In this document: positions 13,543 to 27,575 of the stretch, piece by piece | How positions within the stretch are numbered: the stretch's first letter is position 1 | How the letters are laid out: each line of letters starts with the position of its first letter | Origin: Octopus sinensis | Taxonomy: Eukaryota | Length of the DNA: 64,000 nucleotides | Direction: 5' to 3' | Assembly (NCBI RefSeq): GCF_006345805.1 | Contig: NC_043016.1 | Location: 16,058,001-16,122,000, forward strand | The notes under the pieces: model-generated | Databases searched by the model: none | What the model saw: the letters and a program-made list of their open reading frames with translations, nothing else | What the model was told of the DNA's origin: nothing | Made by a program: the position numbers and the translations under genes

Positions 13543-13875
13543 AGTGGAGGCGCAATGGTCCAGTGGTTAGGGCAGCGGATTCGCGGTATCGATTCCCAGA
13601 CCGGGCGTTGTGAATGTTTGAGCGAAAATACCTAAAGCTTCGCGAGGCTCCGGCAGGGGCAAGGTGGCGAACCCCGCTGTACATCACAACTTTCTTCCTG
13701 TTTCGGTTGTACCTGTATTTCAAAGGGCCAGCCTTGTCACACTCTGTGTCATGCTGAATCTCCCTGGGAACTACATTGAGGGTACACGTGTCTGTGGAAT
13801 GCTCAGCCACTTGCATGTTAATTTCACGAGCAGGTTGTTCCGTTGATCGGATCAACTGGCACCCTTGTCGTCGTA
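13543..13875 (+). mobile_element. tRNA-derived SINE family B
   Basis: A-box tggtccagtggttagg, B-box-like atcgattccc; colinear with 36456-36846. Confidence 0.85.
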
Positions 13876-13913
13876 TTCTAGCCATGGCCACCCGGTTTAT
13901 TTTTTTAGATATA

Positions 13914-14186
13914 GGCACAGGCGTGACTGTATGGTAAGAAGCTTACTTTCCAATCCCATGGTTCCGGGTTCAGTCCCACTACGTAGCACCTTGCACAAAT
14001 CTCTTCTACTATAACATTGGGCCAACCAAAGCCTTGTGAGTGGATTTGGTAGAAGGAAACTGAAAGAAGCCTGTTGTGTGTGTGTATATAGGAAGGTTTT
14101 ATGTCACTAATTGTGACAGAGGGTGCCGAAGCACCTATATAGCAAAAAAAAAAAAGTGTTAGAAACTCTTAAAGCTGTATGAAGCG

Positions 14187-14236
<50 letters not shown>

Positions 14237-14370
14237 TATATATATATATATATATATATGTATGTAAATATATATATATACACACACTAACTATATGTAT
14301 GTATGCATGCATGTGTGGGTATGGGTGTTCGACTAAAAACCCTCAAATTGCTGAAACAAGTAAAAGATAA
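13914..14370 (+). mobile_element. CORE-type SINE family A with internal (TA)n expansion
   Basis: Head ggtaagaagcttac...ggttccgggttcagtcccact; tail gctgaaacaagtaaaaga. Confidence 0.75.
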
Positions 14371-15201
14371 GGATGTCATGAGGTTACGATTCCTTTAGCT
14401 TAGTATGTACCGTGTCTATGAAACCGATGTGTGATTCCTGAGCTTTCTCGAATCAATAAACTATCAGAAACACAATAGAACAGCATCTTATCTTGTGAAT
14501 ACGTTGTGAACGCTGGAAATAAACATCAGTCCCGTAAAATTTTGTGAATCAGGAGCACAAGAGAGAAAAAAAGAGGTCTTGCTCATAGAGAGCTACATAA
14601 ATTTTTCTTTGTAAATTAGCTATGTGAGGTGAGACTGGTGTTTGATTTTCAGTTTTAAAAAACTTAGCAAGGAATGACCAGGAAAATACTTAGCGTATAT
14701 TCTGGTGGGAAGGACACAGTAGATGTGACGACTGCAGAAGAGACAGGTGAGTCAGGATGGCATGGAAGAAAGTACGGTTTCAATGTCTTTGTGCAGACGA
14801 AGAGAGGACGTTATTAGTAGCGATAGAAAGAAAAAAATAATCCATATTTGAGTTAGAGGTTATGGTAATTGAAGGTCAGTGGCTCTGTGCCAACGAAGCA
14901 AATGGGTATTTTTACTTTTTCATGCGGTCTAGGACGTGTGTTGTATGTAGCAACAACGTCTAGGTATGTGAATAGTAGTATAGAGTGTGTGTGGGCGGTC
15001 TTATGTAAACTTTGTAGAAGGTCAAGGGTCACCAACTAATCAAGACTGGGAGATTTTGTAGGCCTTGGAGTCACCAACTATCGACAGCAATTCAGTCATT
15101 GGCAATAAGCCAAGCTAGAGTTAACAAGTAGTTGAGGCATTAAAAAAAACAAAAAAACAATGGAAGTGACGTCAGTAGCATCCCTAATTTCATAAAGAGA
15201 C

Positions 15202-15599
15202 GGATCTTTTCGGTTTGAACGGCAGTTTTTTCTAGCGGTGCCATATGAAATTGTCACCCATAATTATGACCCTAGTATCGATCTATTGCATTTCAATCTG
15301 TTTTAGGGTTAGGGGTGGAGGCAAGGGTATCTTTTTTTCTTCACAAATGTAAATAAACCCAATCTGTTTCTTAAACGAGGGACATATTCATACGGCACAG
15401 AATGTTTTTTACCTCAATTAGACGTCAGTGATTGGTTGAAATTGAAGAAAAAAAACATATCTTACAGACTATAGAATTTCGTCAATAAAGCCAAGAAAAA
15501 AATGTTTTATAAACACATTCTACCAGTATACGAAGTTTAAAAGTGTTTAGTTACGTGGAAATTATTTTTAAAAAACTGCCGTTCAAACCGAAAAGATCC
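15202..15599. mobile_element. Merlin-type MITE (398 bp) with perfect 8-bp TSD
   Basis: TIR GGATCTTTTCGGTTTGAACGGCAGTTTTT at both ends; TSD AAAGAGAC at 15194-15201 and 15600-15607; an 8-bp TSD and GG termini fit Merlin. Confidence 0.92.
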
Positions 15600-15742
15600 A
15601 AAGAGACCATAAAGCGAACTGGTAAAATCCTTTAATTTTATCAACAGAATTCCCCGATTTTGCCTCGTCCACTGGCATCTACTTGGTTTGTACATGCTAG
15701 GGATATGAATGCCACAGAGAAGGCAATTCGGGGGATGATTAA

Positions 15743-16859
15743 CATGCAGTTTACCGTCGTCAAAATGTGAAAGTAAATAGCAATGGAGACCAGATTAACA
15801 GTGGTATCAAAATTTCATAAAACACGTTAGATATGTGATGGATGGGCTTTGTTTTTGTGTCTCGGCAATTCCTATGCTCATGAAGTTGTCAACCATTGAC
15901 TCAGTTTTGTAGACCCAAATGATGACAACATCCATACACAGGCTAGAAAAGGGTGATGGATGCTTGCTGAGAAGATACTTAAGCAACAATGATAATTTAT
16001 TTAACATCAAATATTTTTAGGAGGTGGATCTGGGCCCGGTAACATTATAATTTCCTGATTCCAATTGAGTCAGGTATAACAGCGAAAAAAAAATATATAT
16101 ATATGACAAGAGTTGTAACTGACTGCCACACCTTATTCAAACGCCTAATGGAAGGTACAGCAAAATTGGAACATCTTGAATGATTCAGCCAGAAAATATA
16201 CATATTAGTTTGTCATGCAGTTGGAACTTGATGTGTGCTTGACGGAACACTACAACGCGTCAAAGCACTCTACTGAAAAACTCTCGTCTCGGCCGAGATC
16301 CGAACTCGACCGTGCCTTTCCTGAAGAATAGTGGGAAAGATTCCTATTTTTAAAGCTGATAGGGTGGGGGTGGGGGACTCCCGTGAACAAACATAATTAC
16401 CCGCGCTAGGCTGGTCTGTCACGAGAGGGAGTGGATAGTCCGTGTAAAACCGGGACTAGATCGATGTACACAGGATTACGTAACCAGGTCAAGTGACCAC
16501 TTCTAGAAAACACGAATGATTCAATCCTAGGGATATTAAAGCTAAACGGCCGAATGATAAACATACTTCTGCTATATTTTCATGCGCATGTGTGGCGATC
16601 GTGAAAAACTATTCATGAATCTCATTTCCTGCATCAATGGCTTAGGTTTTCCCTTAAATGGGATTGTTTTCATCTTATATAAAACGCGTACGGTGTTCAT
16701 ATTATATCAAATATATGTACGTTCTGTACATTAGTTATGTCACAATTGTTTACATGTAACTATGGAATGTTACTGTCGTCACTTTCGTTTTCAACAGCAA
16801 TTTACTTTAATTTTTTTAGGACCATTTACTTTCACCTTTTTATGATGGTAAACTGCATG
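15743..16859. mobile_element. 1.1-kb TIR element flanked by TTAA, carrying a Merlin transposase fragment
   Basis: TTAA-CATGCAGTTTACC...GGTAAACTGCATG-TTAA, TIR about 36 bp; + strand about 15810-15990 reads ICDGWALFLCLGNSYAHEVVNH*LSFVDPNDDNIHTQARKG*WM (Merlin C-terminal motif). Confidence 0.75.
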
Positions 16860-18184
16860 TTAACTTCAGTGGCTTGCATGTCGACGTATGATGGCCACCT
16901 CAGTGAGTAATCAATAATCCTACACCACCACTGAGCTGCACAAAATGAACCGACAGGAAGCGATGGTCTTTCTTGTTCCTATCCATTCACGTTTCATACA
17001 TTGGTTGGGTTACATTACATTGTTTACGTGAAATTATCGGATTTCAATGTCGTCACTTCCGGTCAATTTACTTTATTATTTTTTTTTAAACTCTTAAATT
17101 ACGTGTTAACCGAACTCAGAAATGTTTTGCAACAAGCTAAAAGGTTTCGATCCATGTTCCTACGATAAATCCCACGAATTTCAAGCTTCTTATCGTAATT
17201 TTTCTCCTCATTCAATCTTATGGTTCTTTATCTGTTTGCGCACTTTATCACGTGATTCGTGGCACACTTCAGACATTTTATTGACTTGTTTGTGTTTATG
17301 TAAACGCATTCTGTTCAATATCTGCACATGAGATCGATATTCCCACTGATATTTAATATCCCTGTTACATATCAATAAATTACTATTACCATCGTTGTCT
17401 CTGGAAAACGTTAAAATAATTAAGAAGTCGATTCAATATTTGGCCCTTAATATTAACAAAAGTAACTTCTCTTTCGCGTTTGCTGCTCGTTTTGTGTATT
17501 TATAACGAAAGACCACTAAAATGATTAGTAACTAGGTAAAAACACCCCTGCAACAAAATTACAGAATTTATCCTTTTGTAAAGATAAAACAAGTCACATT
17601 TCGTATGTGTTTTATGGAAGGAAAAATATATAAAAAAATATTTTTCAACGATGTTTTAGTAAATATTCGGGTACATAATGCATCATCAAGACAGGTTTAT
17701 ATTTGATGTCTTGTTTTTTCTCTAAGCTAAATAATACTAGAAAAAAAAAAGAAAGAAAAAAACCCAGACAAACAAAGGCAATGACTTAATAAACAGAATA
17801 TATAACAAAGAATTTTCCAATTAGAATAATTTTGAGAATAACAAAAGGATTTTCAAACAAAATTGAATTAAACTACACACATAACACTAATTCCTTCCTT
17901 CCTTCCTTATTGTTGTTGTTGTTATTTACTGAAAGTTAATAAGAACTAATGGAGAAGAATACATTGAACAAAACGAACGTTATGTTAATTATATAGTTGT
18001 TTTAGTTTGGGGTTTTTGTTTGTGTTAGCCAATTATTGGCAGCACACGCAGACATATACATTTAACGTTCCAAATTAAAGATATGGATGGTTACTTTCCA
18101 TAATAGCAATAAAGATCATGGTTTCTAGCAATAATATATTTGTACACAATTGTAAACTCAACCATCATTATTGCTATTTAATGA

Positions 18185-19080
18185 CTGGCCTGTATTCAGG
18201 AGCTGGATCGCTGCAATGCACAGTGACATTTGTTCAGTGGTCAGAGTGAAGGGTCACCTCTCACAGCTATTCAATATCATGTGCTCAGTCTGGCAAGGTT
18301 GCCCCCTCTCATCTTTTTAGGATGTACTGATTCTCAAGCCACTACTACACTAACTGGAGGCATTGAGAGGCACCCTGCGTGATCTAGGATGTGGGAGATG
18401 CATGTCGGCACAAACTGACGTCACCATAGCGGTGTTGGATCATAAATACATAGAAATGATTGGCATCGCTTTCAGAGGTGGTTTCTGGAGAAATCCAGTG
18501 AGCTTGCAGCTTGGCACCTGGAGAAGTAAGTTCATGCCACCCAACTGCGTCATTGGGCGCTGCATGGACAGACCGGTTCAATTGCTCGGGGTCTGGTTCG
18601 GTCCGGACCTCCAGATGGACAAAAACTGGGATGATGTAACAAACAGGGTGACTACACTCAACCAGAAATGGGCTGAGAGAAAGCTAACCCTGAAAGGTCG
18701 GGCAGAGGTGGCTAGTGCATGTATCATGTCCGTCATTTACTATCACTTGACATTTGTGCCATGTCCTGGCCACTGTCTGGTTACATTGGAGCGTATACAC
18801 TTCCGCTTTTTGTGAAAGGAACACATCCCGATGATCAAGCAGTCTATCTGCTGCCAACACCCGCTGCATGGTGGCTTGGGCATGCCATGGTTGATGATGT
18901 GCAGACATGCACAGAGGCTGTGACATCACCAATGCTTCCTTGATAGTGAACAGGTGTGGCCACCGTTTGCTAGACACACATTTCCCCTGCTAGTTTTTTC
19001 TTTATAGAACTGCAGTCGTGGGTAAAACAGAGATTGAGAGGGAGCATTTGGAGTTGTGGAATGTCTTCAAGCGCTCACAT
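18185..19080 (+). mobile_element. Tx1/L1-clade non-LTR retrotransposon RT fragment
   Basis: SVWQGCPLS motif at about 18285-18310; ORF 18363-18815 VQLLGVWFGPDLQMDKNW...LTLKGRAEVASACIMSVIYYHL; frameshifted. Confidence 0.85.
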
Positions 19081-19552
19081 GGAAAGCGGATCTGAAATGA
19101 TGATGATGATATACGTATGTATCTATGTACGTGTGTCTGTGTTTGTTACCCCATCACCACTTGACAACTGCTGTTGGTGTGTTTATGTCACCATAACTTA
19201 GTGGTTTGGCAAAGGAGACCGATAGAATAAGCACTAGGCTTTAAAAAATAACTCCTGGGGTTGACTTGGTATGGTTTCTATAGCTGGATGCCCTCCCTAA
19301 CACTAACCGCTCCATGAGTGTAATGGGTGCTTTTATGTGCCACCAGCACGGGTGCTATTCGCATGACATCAGTATCTGCCACGACTTATTTTATTTGGCT
19401 TGATGGATCTTCCTTCTCAATCATAATGCAAAAGGTCTCAGTCATTTGTCACTGTCTCCATTGAGGCCCGATGCACGAAAGGTGCTTTTTACATACCATC
19501 GGCACAGGTGCCGATTATGTGACACCAGCATCGACCACAACTATGATTTCAC

Positions 19553-19592
<40 letters not shown>

Positions 19593-19622
19593 TTGTAGAT
19601 ATATATGTATATATATTTGTAG

Positions 19623-19683
<61 letters not shown>

Positions 19684-20332
19684 TGTGTATGTAAATGCAT
19701 TGACATTACTATGTATATATTCATATATAGATGTACATCTATATTCACACATACGTATATCTATACATACTGATACACATAGTATGTACAACATGTACAT
19801 TTGTATACACACACACACACAAGGCTGAGTATAAACCATTGAATACATTAACTGAATGTAATTGTCTATAATTAACTCCTCTTGTTTCACAGACACTCAC
19901 CCACTCTGTTTTTCTCTTACCGTCTACCCTTCTCTCTTTCCCTCTCTCACATACACCTTACACTCTCCTTAGATATCGTTGACACCACCACCACCACCAC
20001 CACCACCACCGCCGCCTCCGCCGCTGCTGCATGTGCAAAACAATTTTTTTGTTGCTGTTGTTAAGTGATACCAAGCTATTCTTTTTTTTTTTGTGGTTTT
20101 TATTTACATTGTTTTTGTTATTCTAAACAGCACGTGAATCTCCTTTACAGCAAAAGCCTCGAATGTCGTTAAGTGGAAATAATTCGCAGAGATAAACTAT
20201 ATTATTCGTCCTTGGATAAACTTTTAAAAATTAAAGTTATTAACAGAAAAATTTCACTTGTATAAATCTGGTAGCATCTGTCTCAATAATCATCTGTATG
20301 TGTGTGTGTGTTTATGTGTGTGTATATATATA

Positions 20333-21685
<1,353 letters not shown>

Positions 21686-22871
21686 TCAGTTTCTTTAAAA
21701 TATTTTTCACCTCTTCATCCCATGTCTTCTTGGGTCTTCCTCTTCCACAGATTCCCTCCCCATTTAGAGATCGGAACCTTCCCTCCACCTTCCAGTCTCC
21801 CCTGTTGAATCTCTTCCCCACGACATATCCTCTTAGCCCCTACCTTTACCTCTGTGCACTCACTACAATCCCTCCACTCCATCTATCACCCTCCTTACCC
21901 AACCTCATAGTCTTATCCACCCACTCACCCTATCCAATCCTTGGCCCTAATCCACTTATATACACCTACCTGTAACATGAATCTACCCCCAAATACTGTT
22001 ACAGCTTCACTGTTTCCTTCTCCCGAGGTACCCCTATATCTCCTCTGCTGCATGACACCTATTTCTGCCCCTTTATTTATACTCCTGTCTCATCACCTGG
22101 CACAAAGCCACTTCACTCAATACTACTCCCCACTCAATGGAGGGGGAGGAGCCTTGTCTTGTGATGATGATGATGATGATGATGATACATGCATAAAATT
22201 GCCATGGATATATTTTTTGATGTTTATGCATCAGTTCCCTTTATACACCCACACCCACACACCCACACACACACACATATTGAAGGTAATATTTTTTTGT
22301 GTATTTCAAAGCTCTCTAAAATAACCACACACTTCAATTTTTTTTTGGCTCTGAGGAATCTGAAAACTGATGCACAAGCACTCAGCTCTGAATGCACTGC
22401 TCCTTCCAGTAGAAACAGTTGTGAGCTAATGATGTTGCTTATATAATTCCTGTTCCTTTGACATTCAGTCAGTTCATTCAAGCTCTAACTCAGTATCATA
22501 AGGATGCTGTATTTCACTGACACACTTTGTGTATCTTAAATACTTAGTGCACATTCATGTGTTTGTGTATGTATGTATAGACACATTTGTCTTCTCTAAT
22601 TCTATCTTTGTGATGAAGGTTGTACAAATAAAACGTCAAGGCATTTTTATTTCTATTTCTCGCGATGTGAAACTATAACTATAGCTTTCTTTTATTGTAT
22701 TTTATCTGCTTTTATGTTGTCATTTTCCTAAATCTAATTTCATTATCTTTTTGTCTCTCCCTCCACCACCACTCCATCATGCCTCTCTCAAATACATATT
22801 CACAGCATGACCATGGCTACTGGCTTGAATGTAAAAGAGAATACACATATATGAATGTACATATGTGTGTT

Positions 22872-22902
<31 letters not shown>

Positions 22903-22905
<3 letters not shown>

Positions 22906-23307
22906 GGTTTAAGAGACAGAACCATCTGATTCATATACATTAGATATGTTAAAAAGACAGGACTAATCTGATTCATATACATTAGATAGACTACCTGCAT
23001 TTCATGACAATAAATCTATTGATATTGCTAAAGTAGAAGGTCTCGAAATTCAATACTTTTTCGATCTGACTATACTGCCAATCTTCAGGTCTGGATTATA
23101 TAAAACTATTTTACTGTTTACAACCTATATAGAGACATGATAATTAAAATTATACATTTAGAAATCATTGAAGTAATTTATCTTAACTAAATATTAGTAA
23201 TTGCAGGTATTAAGTAGATAATATTTATTCTTATATATCTCTATCATAGATAGTGTCGTTTAAAGTTGATTGAGTTGTTTGAAGGTGGTTCTGTCTCTTA
23301 AACCTAT
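22903..23307. mobile_element. About 400-bp element with 22-bp perfect inverted termini in TA repeats
   Basis: ataggtttaagagacagaacca ... tggttctgtctcttaaacctat. Confidence 0.75.
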
Positions 23308-24129
23308 CTATCTATATACATATATATATATATAAAATACAGTTGGAAATTCATTTTAGTACCACTAAATTGAATTTCCCTCCCCTGTGGACTTGGAAAT
23401 AAATGCCCTAATATTAATAATATTAATAATTATATATATATATATATATTCATTTATTTGTTTGTCATTTGACTGCAGTCATGCTGAGGCACCACCTTTA
23501 GTCGAACAAATTGACCCCAGGATTTATTCTCTACAAGCCTAGTAATTATTCTATCGGTCTCTTTTGCTGAACTAAGTTACGGGGACATAAACACACCAAC
23601 ATCAGTTGTCAACCGATGGTGGTGGGTGACAAACACACAAACATATATATATATCCCTCTCTCTCTGTCTCTCTTTCTCTCTCTCTCTCTCACCTTCTTG
23701 CAACTTGCTGCTCCTGAGCCATTCCATTGGCGACAGCCGCCTGTTCCACACGTGTCACCTCTACCGAAAAGGTAATCACTTTCCACGCTTGCTGATCAAT
23801 TGTTTTTGTCTCATTTTGTCTCAAAGTTGTAAGGCGCCCCTTGTCATTCTTGTTTTTAACCGTTGCTGTTTCCAATTTTATCTTTGTCTCTTGTTTTCCT
23901 ATTCGTCTCTGTTGTTGCGTTCACATTCTTTCCTTCTACCAAAGAAATCTAATGCCCATAGCTTAGTTTTTCCTTGGGGCTGGCCGTTTTGGAGCAAATC
24001 TCAGAATTAAACAGCCGAAATTTGCCATGATGATTCGGTTTCTGACTGAAGAATGAAGGCTTCGAATGACTTGTCTGTTTTCAGTGTTCGTCACTTCGTG
24101 TATTTCACGTTCTTTATATATAAAGTTTT

Positions 24130-24187
<58 letters not shown>

Positions 24188-24207
<20 letters not shown>

Positions 24208-24238
24208 GAGAGAGAAGAGAGAGAGAGAGAGAGAGAGT

Positions 24239-24275
<37 letters not shown>

Positions 24276-24410
24276 AAGAGAGAGAGAGAAAGAGAGAGAG
24301 AGAAAAAGAGAAAGAGGAGAGAGAGAAAGAGAAGGAGAGAGAAAGAGGAGAGAGAGAGAAAGAGAGAGAGAGAGAAGAGAGAGAAAGAAAGAGAGAGAGA
24401 GAGGGAGAAT
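24188..24410 (+). repeat. Degenerate (GA)n polypurine tract
   Basis: Seen directly. Confidence 0.95.
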
Positions 24411-24640
24411 TCACAAAAAAAAACAAAAGACGAAGACAGGTGGTGTAGACAACAAACAGATGTATTAGTTTATCACTCGGGAAGTGAAGAAGTCTTAAAT
24501 GTTTCGAGCCTATGCTCTTCTACAGAAAGGAACACAGAAAGAAACAAGGGGAGAAAATAAAGAATGTGTAGTGGCTAGCGATCTATTACGGCAAAGATAT
24601 ATATATATATAAATAGATATAATATATATATAATAAATAG

Positions 24641-24679
<39 letters not shown>

Positions 24680-24837
24680 ACAGGCTTCTTTCAGTTTCTA
24701 CCTACCAAATCCACCCACAAGGCTTTAGTCAGCACGAGACTATAGTAGAAGACACTTGCCCAAGGTGCCATATAATGGGACTTTACTTGGAACCATGTGG
24801 TTGTTAAAGAACCTACTTACCCCACAGCCACTCCTGT

Positions 24838-24884
<47 letters not shown>

Positions 24885-25119
24885 TATACATATATCTGTG
24901 TTGTGTGTGTGTGTGTATAGATGCATATACATATATCATATGCATACATGAAGATATGTACATACATAGGGATACACACACACACATATATATATATAAC
25001 ACACACACACAAATATGTATAGACAAAATTTGCTGCTGCATATCAGCCCAAAGTGTTATATTTCCAAAAATAATATTCTAAACCAAGACTAAATCACGCA
25101 TGCATGTGCATATGTGCAT

Positions 25120-25159
<40 letters not shown>

Positions 25160-25809
25160 TGTGTAATAAAAACGATTTTACATGTGTATCAATATAATTC
25201 TTCACAACCACTTCACAATCTCAATATATGTTATTGATTCTTTAAAAAGCATATCATGAAAATTCATCATACTTTAAGATTTATCGATAAATACTAAATT
25301 TTCCTCCCTAAAATATATGTCAAAAGTATGTATCTCTTCATTTTGGCAAATTTTCAAGGTCTTTTATGTTTGTGAAAATGAAAATAAAAATAAAAATAAT
25401 AAATTAAGAGATCACACAGAACATAGGAAAATAATGTGGTAAAGATTTTATAGAATATTAACCTTGTTTATTTTGGTTTTATGTATGTTGTATTTCATTG
25501 ATGTATTCTTTCATTGTATTCAGACTCTATATTTCAACATCATAAATATTATATACGTAATGGTTGATTTTATGAAATTTTTGTTGCACTTCATCGGATA
25601 TCTAAGTATTTATCCACGATGTATAACGATTTATCTGGCGAAACCACTACACCACGCATGATTTACAAGTAAATGATTGTCCCTCTGCTAACAAAGAAAG
25701 AAAAAAAAAAAAGGAAAGAAAGAAAAAGATTGAAAGGAAGAAGGGCAGAGGATTTCTGAAATATCCAATACCCCTGTGTAACCTATTGCTGTTTTATATA
25801 TATATATAT

Positions 25810-26365
25810 ATATCTTTTACTTATTTCAGTCATTAGACTGGGGCCATGCTGGGGCACTGCTTTGGATTTTTAGTCAAATGAATCAACTTATTTATTAAGC
25901 CTGGTACTTATTTTAGTGGTCTCTTTTGCCAAACTGCTAAGTTACAGGGATGTAAGCAAACCAACACCAATTTTCAGGCAGTGATTGGGGAACAGATACA
26001 GACACAAAGACACATATACACACACACACACACACACTCATATATATATATATATACATACATACATACATGTATATACATACATATATATACATACATA
26101 CATATACATACATACATATACATACATACATATATATACATACATACATATATATACATACATACATATATATACATACATACATATATATATATATAAA
26201 TATGACGGGCTTCTTTCAGTTTCCGTCTGCCAAATCCACACACAAGGCTTTGGTTGGCCTTGAGGTCATAGTAGAAGACTCTTGCCCAAGGTGCCACGCT
26301 GTAGGACAGAACCTGGAAACATGTGGTTGGGAAGTAAGCTTCTTACCACACAGCCACTCCTGCAT
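25810..26365 (-). mobile_element. CORE-type SINE family A, full length, with expanded internal (TACA/TA)n
   Basis: Head, CORE-like segment and tail all present; colinear with 31610-31985. Confidence 0.85.
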
Positions 26366-26388
26366 CTATATATATATATGGGGTGGGG

Positions 26389-27027
26389 GATGAGCTGGAA
26401 GAAGATGGCCATGACGTCAATGGTCAAGAGATTGACCGGAAGAGGAAGCGTGAGAAGGGAAGTGCGGGAAAGACAGGACAGGATGAGCCTCTTTTCACCG
26501 GCTGAGGCATCGTGAACGAACGTCAGGGAATTTGCTCCCGAGTTGGTCAGATAGCAGCTGCTTATACTGGGTGACAGGGTAGGGTAGGATCACTGGAGCG
26601 ACTACTACTAAACAACCGCAGACGAGAGAGGAAGGTAGCTGAACCTCCTTTCATTTCCCACATGTGATAAGCTATTACGGCAATTGTGTACAGACGTTGT
26701 TGTCCTCTTGATATATGACGGCTGCAGGCAGTTGTGATTGACCATGTGATAGATGGGATTGACATGGTAATGGGGATGGATGTGATTGACTGCCTTGGAC
26801 GTATAAGCATTGGAGGAGATGTTGTTCCGTTTGGTGCCATGGAAGCGTTGTGCGCCGTGAGTCAGGAATGTGAGTGGGAGCAAAGCTCTGCGAGGAGTTG
26901 CACTGCCTATGCCATTGAAGACAAGGATTTTCGGCCATTGAAAAGAGGCTGACCCTGTCTTGTCTCCCCTGCACATCCCTTCTCATGCTTCCTCTTCCAG
27001 TCAGTCCCTTGACTACTTCTTCTGGCT
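26389..27027 (+). mobile_element. Gypsy-like protease fragment between inverted LTR-like arms
   Basis: 26389-26500 is an inverted match to 26933-27022; ORF 26734-26952 VIDGIDMVMGMDVIDCLGRISIGGDVVPFG...IEDKDF resembles the C-terminal half of Ty3/Gypsy aspartic proteases. Confidence 0.65.
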
Positions 27028-27294
27028 CATCTTCACAATATATATATATATATATAGGTGTGGCTCTGTGGTAAGAAATTTGTTTACCAACCACATGGTT
27101 CCCGGCAACTGTCTTCTACTATAGCCATGGGCTAACCAAAGCCTTGCGAGTGAATTTGGTTGATGAAAACTGAAAAAAGTCTGTTTTATATATATATATA
27201 TATATATTGCTTGAACATACAACAGGTAGAATATTTGAGTCAGATATCTAATTATATTTATATATATATATATACATACATACATACAAATATA

Positions 27295-27575
27295 TACGAG
27301 GTCTGATTAATAAGTATCCAGATTGTTGCCATAGTAATGAAGCTAAAGCATGCAGAGAGAAGCTGATTGGTAAAAACTGACCTTGAACTCTGTTGTACTA
27401 TTTTTTGACAGTCTGGTTCACTTTTGCTGTTTACAGCAGTGCTCAGAAGGAAGGTGTGTAGCATGTGAGCATTGCATTAAGCATGAATCTGCCTCACATT
27501 TTGCCAAAAGCTTGGTGATGCCTGCTCAGAAGCCTTTGCAATGTTCCAGAAAGTGTATGGAGAAGCCCATTAATC
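27295..27575 (+). mobile_element. Mariner 5' end fragment
   Basis: TA+CGAGGTCTGATTAATAAGTATCC terminus; ICLTFCQKLGDACSEAFAMFQKVYGE resembles the mariner N-terminal HTH. Confidence 0.75.
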
